64,000 nucleotides of DNA from Trichoplax adhaerens (taxonomy: Eukaryota; Animalia; Placozoa). The stretch spans positions 381,502 through 445,501 of the forward strand of contig NW_002060963.1 in NCBI RefSeq assembly GCF_000150275.1, read 5' to 3'. Every line of letters begins with the position of its first letter. The stretch's first letter is position 1. A program made the translations under genes and the position numbers. Shown here piece by piece: positions 1 to 11,471 of this stretch. The notes under the pieces were generated by a model, which saw nothing but the letters and a program-made list of their open reading frames with translations, had not been told where the DNA came from and did not search any database.

Positions 1-1639
1 TAATAAGATAAGCTACAGTACAGTAGCTCATTAACAATTAAGAGCAGAAACAGGAAATTGCAATTGGTTGATTTTTAACACATGATTTATTTATCATTGT
101 AATGAAATATTAATGTTTGCATATTCAAACAAGAGTTGGTGGAAAGAGAAATCGAAAGTAGGCATGAATTACAATATATCTAACAAATCAACACGAATTT
201 CGTAGTGTGTTCCACCCCATGGACTAACAGCATTATTCTAACACTTATAATAGACTAGGGAATATCCCTAAGCAATTTAGTAAGGTAGCTTATTTATTGG
301 TTTGCATTAATTATATTTATTGATGGGGAAATATTAAGTAGAGTAAGATAATTAAAAGTCGACATCGAAAATTAGAATATACCGTACATGATGTGAAGTG
401 TAAAGACTACGGTACTAAGACCTATTTTTTGGTATGAAATATAATAGAGATTATTATGTTATAGATGCTGTTGTACAAGCAATATCATCTAGGAATAGTT
501 AGAACGGTCTATTATTTGTAGCATTTCGACCTGTTAATATTTACCATTTAATGATAAAAATTGAATAAGACCTTGTTAATTCGAGGAAATCCCTCCCATC
601 TCTCACAAGTCAAAAGAGACAGTATAGAGCAAAAATTCGATCAAATGGCTAGTAATTGTTTATGACCAATAATAATAATGAAATTATTACTTATTGCTTT
701 TTTTGATGCGGTAAAGGACATTAATCTCAGAAGCGTCATTTGAATAACATACTTAAGCCACGATTAAATGATGATCAGTGACTTTAACTGCTACAGTTTC
801 AATATATGACTTTAGTTGCTACAAAGTTGTTTCATCCCATGCATATGTACGCAGAAATGGAAAAGAATAGCATCACGAATCGACTACTATGATTCAACGA
901 TATTGAAAACTCGATATCTCAAAGTGTTACGCGAGGATTTTTGCTTATAATACAGTGTACTGTAATTCCAGCTTCTTACTAGATTAAAAGAATGCAGTTC
1001 TTATTTATCTATCACTAGGTACAAAAATTGACAACAAACTACGATATTTCACTTTTCAGTTCTGTAGTTGAGCCGAACTAAACGAAAAGCCAAGAACTAA
1101 TTCTTTCGTTCTTTCTGCTTTTTATGTATCAATCTCATCTTGCAGATTGTATTACCGATATATGATGTAATATATGCGCACGTTTAATATGCTACCAATG
1201 CGACACATAGGGCAGATATATTAGCATAAAGTATACTATTAAATCTTTGTATGCGTACGGTCATGTAATATTTTCAAGTATCGATTGCTATCTGTTTAAC
1301 AATATCTGTATACTTCCGCCTAGTAAAATCGCAGGAATATTAACAAGGATATCCTTTAGCTAATACGTAGGCTACAATATGGTATTGGCTTAGGCAACAG
1401 AATTCTAGAATCAATTTAAACTAGATACTCTTCCATCGTTCTGAATGTACACCTGCCGCAGTTTGAGTCTTAGCTTGCAACCCTTCATCCGACTTCGAAG
1501 GTAATGGCAATGCTTGGAGTTCCTCCTTTTCCAAGTTTGCAATGACAGAGTAAAAGTTGTTAATAAAGCTGTACAAAAATCACGTACTTTTACGATCGAC
1601 CTTATTTTTATCATGATATACTGGCAATTTTAAATAAAA

Positions 1640-4600
1640 TTACTTGATTTTTCTTCGGACTGACACTTTTATGTGGAGAATTACTTTTCCCACGAGTTTG
1701 CAATTTTGAATTGTTCCCAACATGGCTTGAGAAGACATCGAAGCTGGCACCAGGTATAATTTTAGGAAGTACCATAGCTTCCTTTTTATTCTTAATTTTT
1801 TTTTTAGAATCTTCACAAGCATAAGTACGAGTTAACTTGGGTAATTGAGTTTGTGCTCTTCCATTCTTATTCTCTGACTACAGCATAGATATAATCAACG
1901 AATTAGTATTAGAAATACAGCCTAATTTTATCATAAATTGAAATACAAACAAAAGCATCACACAAGGCATATTAATTGAAATCGAATATTATAGACGATA
2001 GCTTAACTGCACTGCCTTTATCGATTTTGAACGAAATGCTTTACATTAGCAACACTCTTTCGACTATCTCTCATGCCTTACTAAGTTACTATACCTTTGA
2101 TGAATCACAAACTTTATTTGATCGTTTCAATCTCTTGAGTTTTCGCTACATGTCATGCAAAGTCGTTTATTAATTTAATAGACGTTATTTGAAGCAATTA
2201 GAAACGAATATAAACGAGTATCGATTTATTAATGTAGTGATAGACACCACCAACAATTATTTTATTTTTACGCTATTTTATCGAATACAGGTGCTGAATA
2301 TTAAGTCAAATACTGCTACCTTTTTACGCTTTTTGGGGGGTCTTTTATTTTCACTAAATTCACAGTCGCATAGCCTTTCATCTTTTTCATGCGTCTGCTT
2401 ACCTTCAGGCACCTGTAACGAAACAAAGATGTATCTCATAAATAACTACCGATATGCTTTTGCTTCAGGGCATCGAAATGAAATTAAACATAATAAAGCT
2501 CAAATTCAGCTTTTACAGTACCCGATTAAGTTGATGTCTTTGTATTTCTAATTCAGGTTTAGGAGACTCATTAGCATGTTGCGATGTTCTGCAAGTATCG
2601 GTAGTTTTTCTCGTAACATCTGATCCTGCAATAGCACATCCAGTTCCTGAAGACTTTGCATTAGGACATTTGGAAACACTGCATTCACCCAAAATAACTC
2701 AAATCAGTATCTAATCCTATACGTATATGCAAGCAATCTAACCTAACATTATGCTAATATTATAGAATTTTTCCAGGATTGGCTGTTCAATCTCTGGTAA
2801 TTCAGAACTTTGAGGCTTTTATATAGCATTACAAGCTTCGTTGGTGCAAATTATTAACAAATGTATAGCCAAGTCTACATACTGAATATAGTAAGAATCA
2901 CAACATACTTTCTATGACATTTAGTATCAGTTAATTAATGGCTAGGTGTTAACATACGATTCATTACTCAACAAAATTATATCATTAATGATGCAATAAT
3001 AAATTAACAGTCACAAGAACATATAAAATATTCGCAGTTCAAAATGGCCGGCCAATCTAAATATATGTTATTTGTAACCGTAATGCAATATTTACCGAAT
3101 CTCTTCGAAATAGAGACATTGCAGTGCTTCTTTTGCTGAAATTCTAAGTAAACAATCAAAAGTATTAAGTTACAATCATACTAGTAATTGCAAGTTTACT
3201 GTTATTAAAACTCAGATTAACCTATTAGCTGGATCATAGCAACATAATTTCGTAATTATTGATACACATTCAACGGATGCATTTGGTAAACAATTTGCAA
3301 GTCCTTTACCAACTTGATGATCAAAGTTAAAATTAATTATTTCTAAATCTTCGCATTTTCTAGATAAAAAATAGCTGTTAAGGGAAACATCGATGCCAGC
3401 AAACATTTTCTAAAATTACCGGCTTTAGTTACAAATTAGTATAATTATAGTCAATATTGCTTTAAACCATGAGAAAATATCTATCTATCTCTAAGATGGA
3501 TAGATTTCACTACCATATCAGTAGAGAAATTAATCTATAAATCGATTATAGTCAATCAATAGCGCCGGACAAGATAAAAAAAAATAATTAAATAATTAGC
3601 GTACTCCTTAAATTTCGTTAAGACATCATCGGCTGGCGTGCCCAGAATATTATGAATCTTAGTAATTTGATCACCCTCATTTATCCCGAAAAATAGTCGA
3701 CGTGAGCTAGAAGGAAAGACGGTAAATATGAAATATTGATATAACAAATTCGCTATGATTACTATGGTCTTGGTCATTTTATAAATCGTTGCATTAGCGT
3801 AAAACATCACTGATAAAGACTTACGTTATCATTTCAAACATAATGCATCCAATACTCCATTCGTCTACCTTGCATGTATAATAGCCACTGGTTAATAAAC
3901 ATTCAGGAGCACGATACCTAGATGGTAGTTAGATAATAGTAGAAGTAAAGAACATTTTCTAGAGGTGATAGTACTCGTAGAGTAATTCAAACTCAAAATG
4001 CACAAATGGATCATTAAATTATAGTTTGAGAATAATCATGAGTATGCTGAAGTTCTCCTTCTATTTTTAGTCTTACCATAGACATGAAGGACGGTCAAGG
4101 TAAGGAAGTGGTGAATAACTGCTACGGGAAAATTCAAATCCTGTCAGTTTTACAACACTGCCTTTAACCAGAATATTTTCAGGCTTGATATTATCATGGA
4201 AAATATCATTGCTGTAAGCGAAGAAGAAATAAACAAAGCACTCCATAATTATATTAAATGGCATACATCTAGATTTAATAATCGAAAGCAAGATAAAAAC
4301 GGGATTAAGAAGTAAGGTTGGGTAAGCTTATCAGTAGAATTGATAGTATTCATTTTTCTAGCTTATCCATAAAGAAGAATACATATTTTCAGTTTTTCAT
4401 ACCTATGCATGTATTCGACAGCCTTAAGTAGTTGCCAAACGTAAGAAGTAATTTTATCCTTTGATAACTGATTACTGAAGCCTACTCATTAAGAACAAAT
4501 AAAAATTATTTACAGAGAGCAACTGCTGCATTAATTTCAAATTAATTTGAACAGTAAGATTATATTCTATTTAGGACATAGTAATAGGTAAAGAACTTAA

Positions 4601-6593
4601 ACAAATGAAATTTTATGTAAGATAGTAACAGAAAACCTTACTGCACAAATAAACGAGACCCAATACTATACAAACCTTTAATTAATTGATCCAAGTTTAT
4701 TTCTATTAATTCTGTAATTATCCAGGCCGAACCAGTTTCGGTTGCACTATTGCACATTGAAGTTAATATTATTTTTTAATAAAATCAAGGACCTACAACT
4801 ACCTAAATGACGCAACGTTAGCGCAAAGTACGGTATTCGAAGTTCATTTATTCGTGAAAGATTCTAAAACTACCCTTCTTAGTAGTCGTATGAAATACTA
4901 ATCAAGAGAGCAGCGTCTAGCATATAATTCCTTAAAGCCACTAGTACAACTTTACAATATATAGTAAAACAAAATTTAAATATTCTTTCAATTACTTTGG
5001 AATGCATATACAAACTACAGAACAGAATTACATTAAAACAGATTGAAAGAGGCATCTAATCAAACTTAAACTACTTAACAATTAGAGCTAATATCAAAGC
5101 TTTTAGTAACAACTTAACCTATATTTCTTTTAAAATAGGTGTTACACCTTAGAAGTAGACAAACTACTATCAATAATATAGCTATAAAATCTCCATCCTA
5201 TTAAATATAGAAAACTTTAACTGTACTTATCGTTCAAATAACTAGAGCGAAAATGATAATTTCGTGATATACAGTAAGGCCATTATACCTTGTTCAAGCT
5301 GACTAGAGAGATCAGAAGTTATCATAATGCACAGTAGCTATATTGATGAGTAGTGTAGGACTACGGATATCATAAATTATAGTAATCACGGAAGTAGTTA
5401 CTATTTTGAGTCAAACTACATACAAAATATCGTGGATAAACCTGACTATTAACTTATTGGGCTTTTGATTCCCTCGATGTGATATTGCTTTGACTTGTGT
5501 AACATAAATTTAGGTATCATCTTATTTTCCCTGTAAGTATTCAAAATGTGAACTTACTAGAGAACTTGCCGTAACTGAACAACACTCGGATGTCCGGATA
5601 ATCGCTTTAGCGCTTGAACTTCGACCAAACATTGAAATTTACTGCGACTGTATTTCGTCATAAAGGGAAAGTTGTGGATTTAGAATATTAATGTGATCTA
5701 ATGTTATTATGTACTGTTTACAGTTAATTAACTAAAATTTTTCACATTAATATGCCCTTCGGTATAAAGAAGGATAACGTACTTAGATTGAAGCTATCGA
5801 TCAAATGCCATCTTAGTCCTCTTACTAAGAGTATTTAATAATAACAATAATATTAATAGTATTTCCATTAGGCATAGTATGGTTCAGCTACAACTGCATT
5901 CATTGAATTCTAAAATTTTATTCTTTATTATCATTTCTGATTAGGGTATATAACAAATATTAAAAGTAATAAGTTTATCATTAGCTACTTAGCTAATAAT
6001 TGAAAATTGGAGAAGATATTGATAAACTGAATAGAATACTGTTCGTTCAAGATGATAATAGTATATCAATGTTGCGGAGACAAGCTCCGAAATAATAATT
6101 ACCGAGTTAATTAAAATATCTAATTTAAATTGTTATTTGCTCCAGTAGTTCAATAAATGTTAATCTATTACCCGTTAGTAACTTATTTGTGTAGTCAAGA
6201 GTTAGTTCAACTACAAAAGTCTCCTAAGTCAGTTAGGAACATGAGTACTACTGACATTAACATTTAAGACCCATTTACAAAGGCTGAATTGTAACACTCA
6301 AGCATATAATTTATATATTTTCACACGGATTAAGAGTACGGTAGTTTAGATATTGATATCACCTGAGAAACAATCCAGTAAATGTAGTCTTTACAATTAT
6401 CACCTTATAGAATCACATGCCATGGTTTGCATTGTTAGCAATTTTCCCATCTACATTCACAAATTATATTCTTACCTATTGTACCGTTGCTTCATCTTCT
6501 TGCATGAATAATGAAACTGTTCTTTAATCAGATAGCATTTACGTAAACCCGGGAAAGCATTTTCGTAATTGCTATTCGATAGTAGTCCATAAC
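1640..6593 (-). CDS. MOK-like pseudokinase (divergent tandem paralog of MOK), multi-exon; 3' end and exons at ~2500-2850 uncertain
   Basis: Exons match those of the MOK gene at 15.6-22.2 kb one-for-one with the same intron phases through the kinase domain: 6593-6476 ([38 protein letters not shown]), ~5647-5558 ([13 protein letters not shown]), ~4746-4676, ~4481-4403 ([13 protein letters not shown]), 4211-4077 ([18 protein letters not shown]), ~3917-3825 ([13 protein letters not shown]), ~3707-3605, ~3359-3222, ~3143-3096. Tail exons are at ~2413-2320 (RPPKKRKK), ~2145-2095 and ~1877-1644 ([11 protein letters not shown]). No stops were seen in the kinase exons. Confidence 0.85.
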
Positions 6594-8489
6594 CTAGATC
6601 GAATAATATAATAAACATAAATTTTCTACATAATAAAGCAAGTATTTGTTAATTTTGCAATTTTTTTGACAAAGCTTATCGCATTCTTCATATCATATCA
6701 TTTTATTACTTTCACTAATTCAAATATTTGTTATCAATAGTGGTGATAAGTTATTAATATCTTTCCCGATATCTAAGTCTGTAAATAATAAGCCCGATTC
6801 AAGTAAATCATTTCCGCATAAGTCATCAAAAATTTTTGTTATATGAAATTATGTAAAAGTTATTGGTATGCCTATGTGTGTAATCTGTTAAGTTGCGATC
6901 AAGTTCTACACAATGTCAGTACACTGCAATTATTTTTCATAGTTCAAATCAATATCAAGATGCTTGTTAATAAAGCTACTAACTGAATTAATTCTATTTG
7001 CGGTTCTCAATATATCATTCTAAATTTACTTTAACAAATTTATGTCCAATAGAATTCTTTTTCTGTAAAATAGCTGCAAATCTTATAACTGCAGGATAAT
7101 CTGTTATCAGTATCTCGAATTATACCACATATAAAATTCGCTGTAGTGAAGTAATTCACTCCATTGCATTGCTAAAATAAAGAGCATCTTCTATACTTTA
7201 TGGAATGATATTGCAATCAATACTAGACTTCAAGTCGTCGGCTTTATGATATGGATACATTCTAATTAGTATACTTTACTTTTAAGTATCATAAGCTAAA
7301 AGTACGTCACTGTGGCACATTCTTAAAGAAGAGATGACGAATAAATATAAGATAAATGATGATTTGATTGGATAACTTCAGGGCATATATTACGATAATT
7401 ATTTGATGATGAATTCTATCAAACTGAGCTACTAACCTTGTTTTTTAAAATATTGGCCTTGATTTGTTTCGATTTGAACATATAAAAGAAATCAAATTGA
7501 TATGTTAGATTATTTTTGTCCTATTACAACTAGATAAGGGTTAGTAGTACAATGATTTATGCAAGACTTTACGCAGCAGGTTTATCTGTCAATATACATC
7601 TACGTAATAACACGTATACATTAATATAAGATTAATAACTTTAAGGTATTCTGACTAATTACTTCAATACATAATGCTTAAATTGTCTGCATGGACTGAT
7701 ATTTCTTGTCCAGAATCGCCTCGAGAAACTTTCATAAGATCACCAATTACTAAATTTTTGTGGTTTATAGCCATAACGTTGACAACCGATAATACGCTTT
7801 TATGAAATACTTTACTAAGATGCATCACAAGTTCTTTAAACGATAAATACTGCAATGCAAGTTTACATATGGTTGTATTAAGATATGTAATCATGCTTAG
7901 ATTAGCGTCAGTATAATGCCCTCAAAATTTGTTTAATACTGGTTTGTTATCTCTATCATAAATATGATAAGACTAGATTTAAAGTAAAGCTATAATATCT
8001 GTAATGGTATGCAATATCTACAATTTTTAATACTCAAGACCCTCATATAACTCCCAAACTGTATCGTAAACCTTTACATTCTTCTCTGCAAGTTATGCAA
8101 CTAACCCATAGGCATACGTTTACTTTAGATGTTACGTATGCTTTCAGATACGCAAACTGATACCGATGTCTGTCATTCAATCATTATCAATAATTTATAT
8201 TATCTTATAATTACCTCTGGACAATGCATGCTACGTATACATAACAAAGATCATAGTAAGTAGGATGTAGGTACAGTATATCACAAAGTTACTATATCAT
8301 TAGTTCTGCGAGATAATTAATTGGGAGTTATAAGTAACTTCTAATCAGATATAGAGCAAGATTTGTCTACAATATTCTAACGAATATGCCGATTAATGCA
8401 ATTGGGAAATAATAATGTGACTTTTGAATATGACTGCATGTCATTTGTGTTTAATAGATCATAAAAGAACAGTTTATTTCACGACTTAC

Positions 8490-8805
8490 TGTCTAATCGA
8501 TTTTTTGCGGCTATAGCTGTAGTTTCTAGATCTTCACCAATTTCTTTGATGTTATTGATTTCACTATTCTTTAGAATTTCACAAAATGCAAAGAAATCTT
8601 CATCGCTTCTCGTTTTTAGAATCTTTATAAACTGACTCATCTGCGCCGTATTCCTTTGAGTATCATTGCTTAATTTATCTATTTGAGTATCTGAAAAGAT
8701 CGATGCATCGATAAGATCATATTTAATTTCGTCGAAGGCTACGGATCTGCAGAGAAATCGACGCTTATCCTGAATAATTTTCCTCAGGTACTTGCTTAAA
8801 ATCAT
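8490..8805 (-). CDS. CARD (death-fold) domain exon
   Basis: The ORF from ATG 8805 (MILSKYLRKIIQDKRRFLCRSVAFDEIKYDLIDASIFSDTQIDKL..RNTAQMSQFIKILKTRSDEDFFAFCEILK) has the CARD pattern L-x-x-x-x-IFS, x-FL-x-IL-x-x-R and F-x-x-F-x-x-x-L. It ends at a perfect GTAAGT donor (8489-8484) in phase 1. Confidence 0.65.
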
Positions 8806-11431
8806 TTTAAACCAGGCCACAAGAAGGTAACCCTAGGATAAAATAGAAGATGCTAATAAGCCACAACTTTCATGAAGCTTTATACAAGCCATTAAATGTA
8901 ATAAACAATATTATACAATAATATTATACATAATTTCAAGGTATTGATAAAATCAGATTTAAAAGGTTACAATGATTTAATCAGACGAATTGCAATGCCT
9001 AATTAATTATTAAAAGATGTCAGCAAATCTGCTGAACTCGATGAACAACTACTACAATTTACTTGCGTAACCGATATCTAAATCTAAGCCAAGCTATCTT
9101 AAATTGGGTAGAACAATAATATATATAATTCCATGAGACTACTGTAATTTTAAAAAGTAATAAATTAGACTAAAAGGGCAAATGTATCTTTAGTAATGTC
9201 ATTTCGGATAGGGAATATAAATAATATAATGCGATACATTATCAACGGTCTTGCTTTCGATGTCAATTCGGCATCTATTTTTTTAACTGTGTGAATCAAT
9301 GTTACAATAAAATTAACAATAAGCTTTAATACTCAGGCTAATGACGTAAACATCGAGACTATGGCGTTGACATAGCTCCCAGAATAAGTGTCTTTATTCG
9401 ACATGGAACGTCATTAACATTGCCGCCGGCATATTTCAAAAGTAGAAGAATTTGCTCCGTCATGGTTAAAACTATACGTCGATATTCAACGTTATTACAA
9501 TTATTTTACTCTTACAGGCGTACTAGTATACTGGTTACGGCCAAAATTCGTAATCGGCCATTATGCTTTACTCATAATACCCTGCGAAAGCCCAATAATT
9601 TATTGATATTAAGGTATTTCGCACTTGTAAGCCCAAATCAATCATGAAATATTTGATTAATCAGTTTAATACCGAAAATCGTTTTATTGGAGGAAAGCAT
9701 TTCTCGGATACAAATACAGTATAGCTATTAGCAAATTAAACTTGCAATTTATGGAAATAGGCCGTACATCTTAGAGAGGTTTTGTGTAAGCACAGTATTA
9801 TGAGAGTGATTGCTAGAAATCATCGATTCCGAAATTTATCGCTAATTACGCGTATAATTAATTATACTACAGGAATATAGCGCAAGCATATTCAAAAATT
9901 TGATATACGAACTATATTCTAACACAATTGTGGGTAGTTTATTTTATCGAAAATTCAAGCTTTAATCCTTCATTACTGTATGCAATACTAATTTTATAGC
10001 ATTCGCCTCTTAAAGTCGTAATATTAGCAGCTGAATTTTAACCACCTGTTTGCTACTTCAACTAAAGGAAGATTAGACCTATGTAATAGCATAAACCATA
10101 GCTTTGAAATGTTATAGCTGCTAAAATTATTATATTTGCATAAACTTGCGCAGGCCTTGACAATTATCTGCAAACCATAAATTTGTAGCGCGATAGCTGC
10201 TGAAGTTATTTCATTGGCATAAACTAGTGCAGACTTTGACAATTATCAATCACATGATTGAAATCTAAGACAGATAGGCTAATAAAACTGAATAAATCGA
10301 CTTAAGAGGACATTTTCCAAACTAGGAAATGGTCTAATCAAACGAAAAATAGCTAGTCTTTTGATATATATACAACGTTTCTGTGATTTTACCGCAGCTG
10401 TCGATTCTTAATCAATTACAAATATAATTCACCCTCTCCTTTTAGGCTCCTTTTTACGTTTTGAATGGATGCAAATGAAGCAGTGAAATGAAATTTAAAA
10501 TAGAAAGAAGGCCAATCACCAACTCAAACTGTATGGGCGCTAATTACTGATGAATAAGAAATAAGATAGTGAAAATCTTCGTATATGTAACCTACCAATG
10601 GCTATTTAATCTTAATTAGTCAATTAATCTGATCTGTTCAAATCCCCTTATTTTAATTTGTTAATAATATAAATTCAACAGATTACAACGAAGTTTATTA
10701 ATTATCCCTTTAAATTTATTGCCTTTGCCTTACCTTTGTTAATGGTACACATATAAAATTCGCTCATCCAAAGCATTCAGAATTGACCAAAGTTGGGCAG
10801 CAATGCTAATAATAATGATCTCTCGATCCCGCTGTACATCAAAATAAAGTTATCTTAAATTGTAATAGACTAAATAGAAGATAGACTAGCACGTGATCGC
10901 CTATCCGGGAATAGCCGCCATCATTAACTTTTATTTTTTGAATTCAAACTTTTAATCGGACAAGTGATCATTTAATCATGACTATCTACAAACAAAGTAA
11001 GTCTTGGGTGTGGTAAAGGGATTGTTCTTTGACGATTTGTATCCATTAAAAGTTCACAATTTGTCTTTATACACCTGCGAGCTAATTCAACTAGACAATA
11101 GGAAGAAGTATTTATTTTACATGTTCAAAGAAAGAAACCTAATTGCTAACAAAATGATTGGGTAATTAATTCATCTAATTTTCAGAACAGTTGGTAAAAC
11201 AATATAGTTTTGTATTTAATAATTATTAAGCACGCCGACTACGAATATACTATGGCCGCTTTTCAGACATTGACCGTAGAAACTGAAAATTTACTAGGTT
11301 AGAAGTTAGACATCTACTTTATGATTCTTATGCCATTCATCCTTAAGGATTATCCGCTATATACATCATCCCATATTGCCAAGGGCCAATTATTCACAAT
11401 GCAGCCTGATTGCATGCCGATTTTTGGTATT

Positions 11432-11471
11432 TACCCTAACCCTTACCCTAACCCTAACCCTAACTCTAACT
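11432..11471. repeat. Short interstitial telomere-like (CCCTAA)n tract
   Basis: taccctaacccttaccctaaccctaaccctaactctaac: about 6 imperfect CCCTAA units. Confidence 0.8.
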
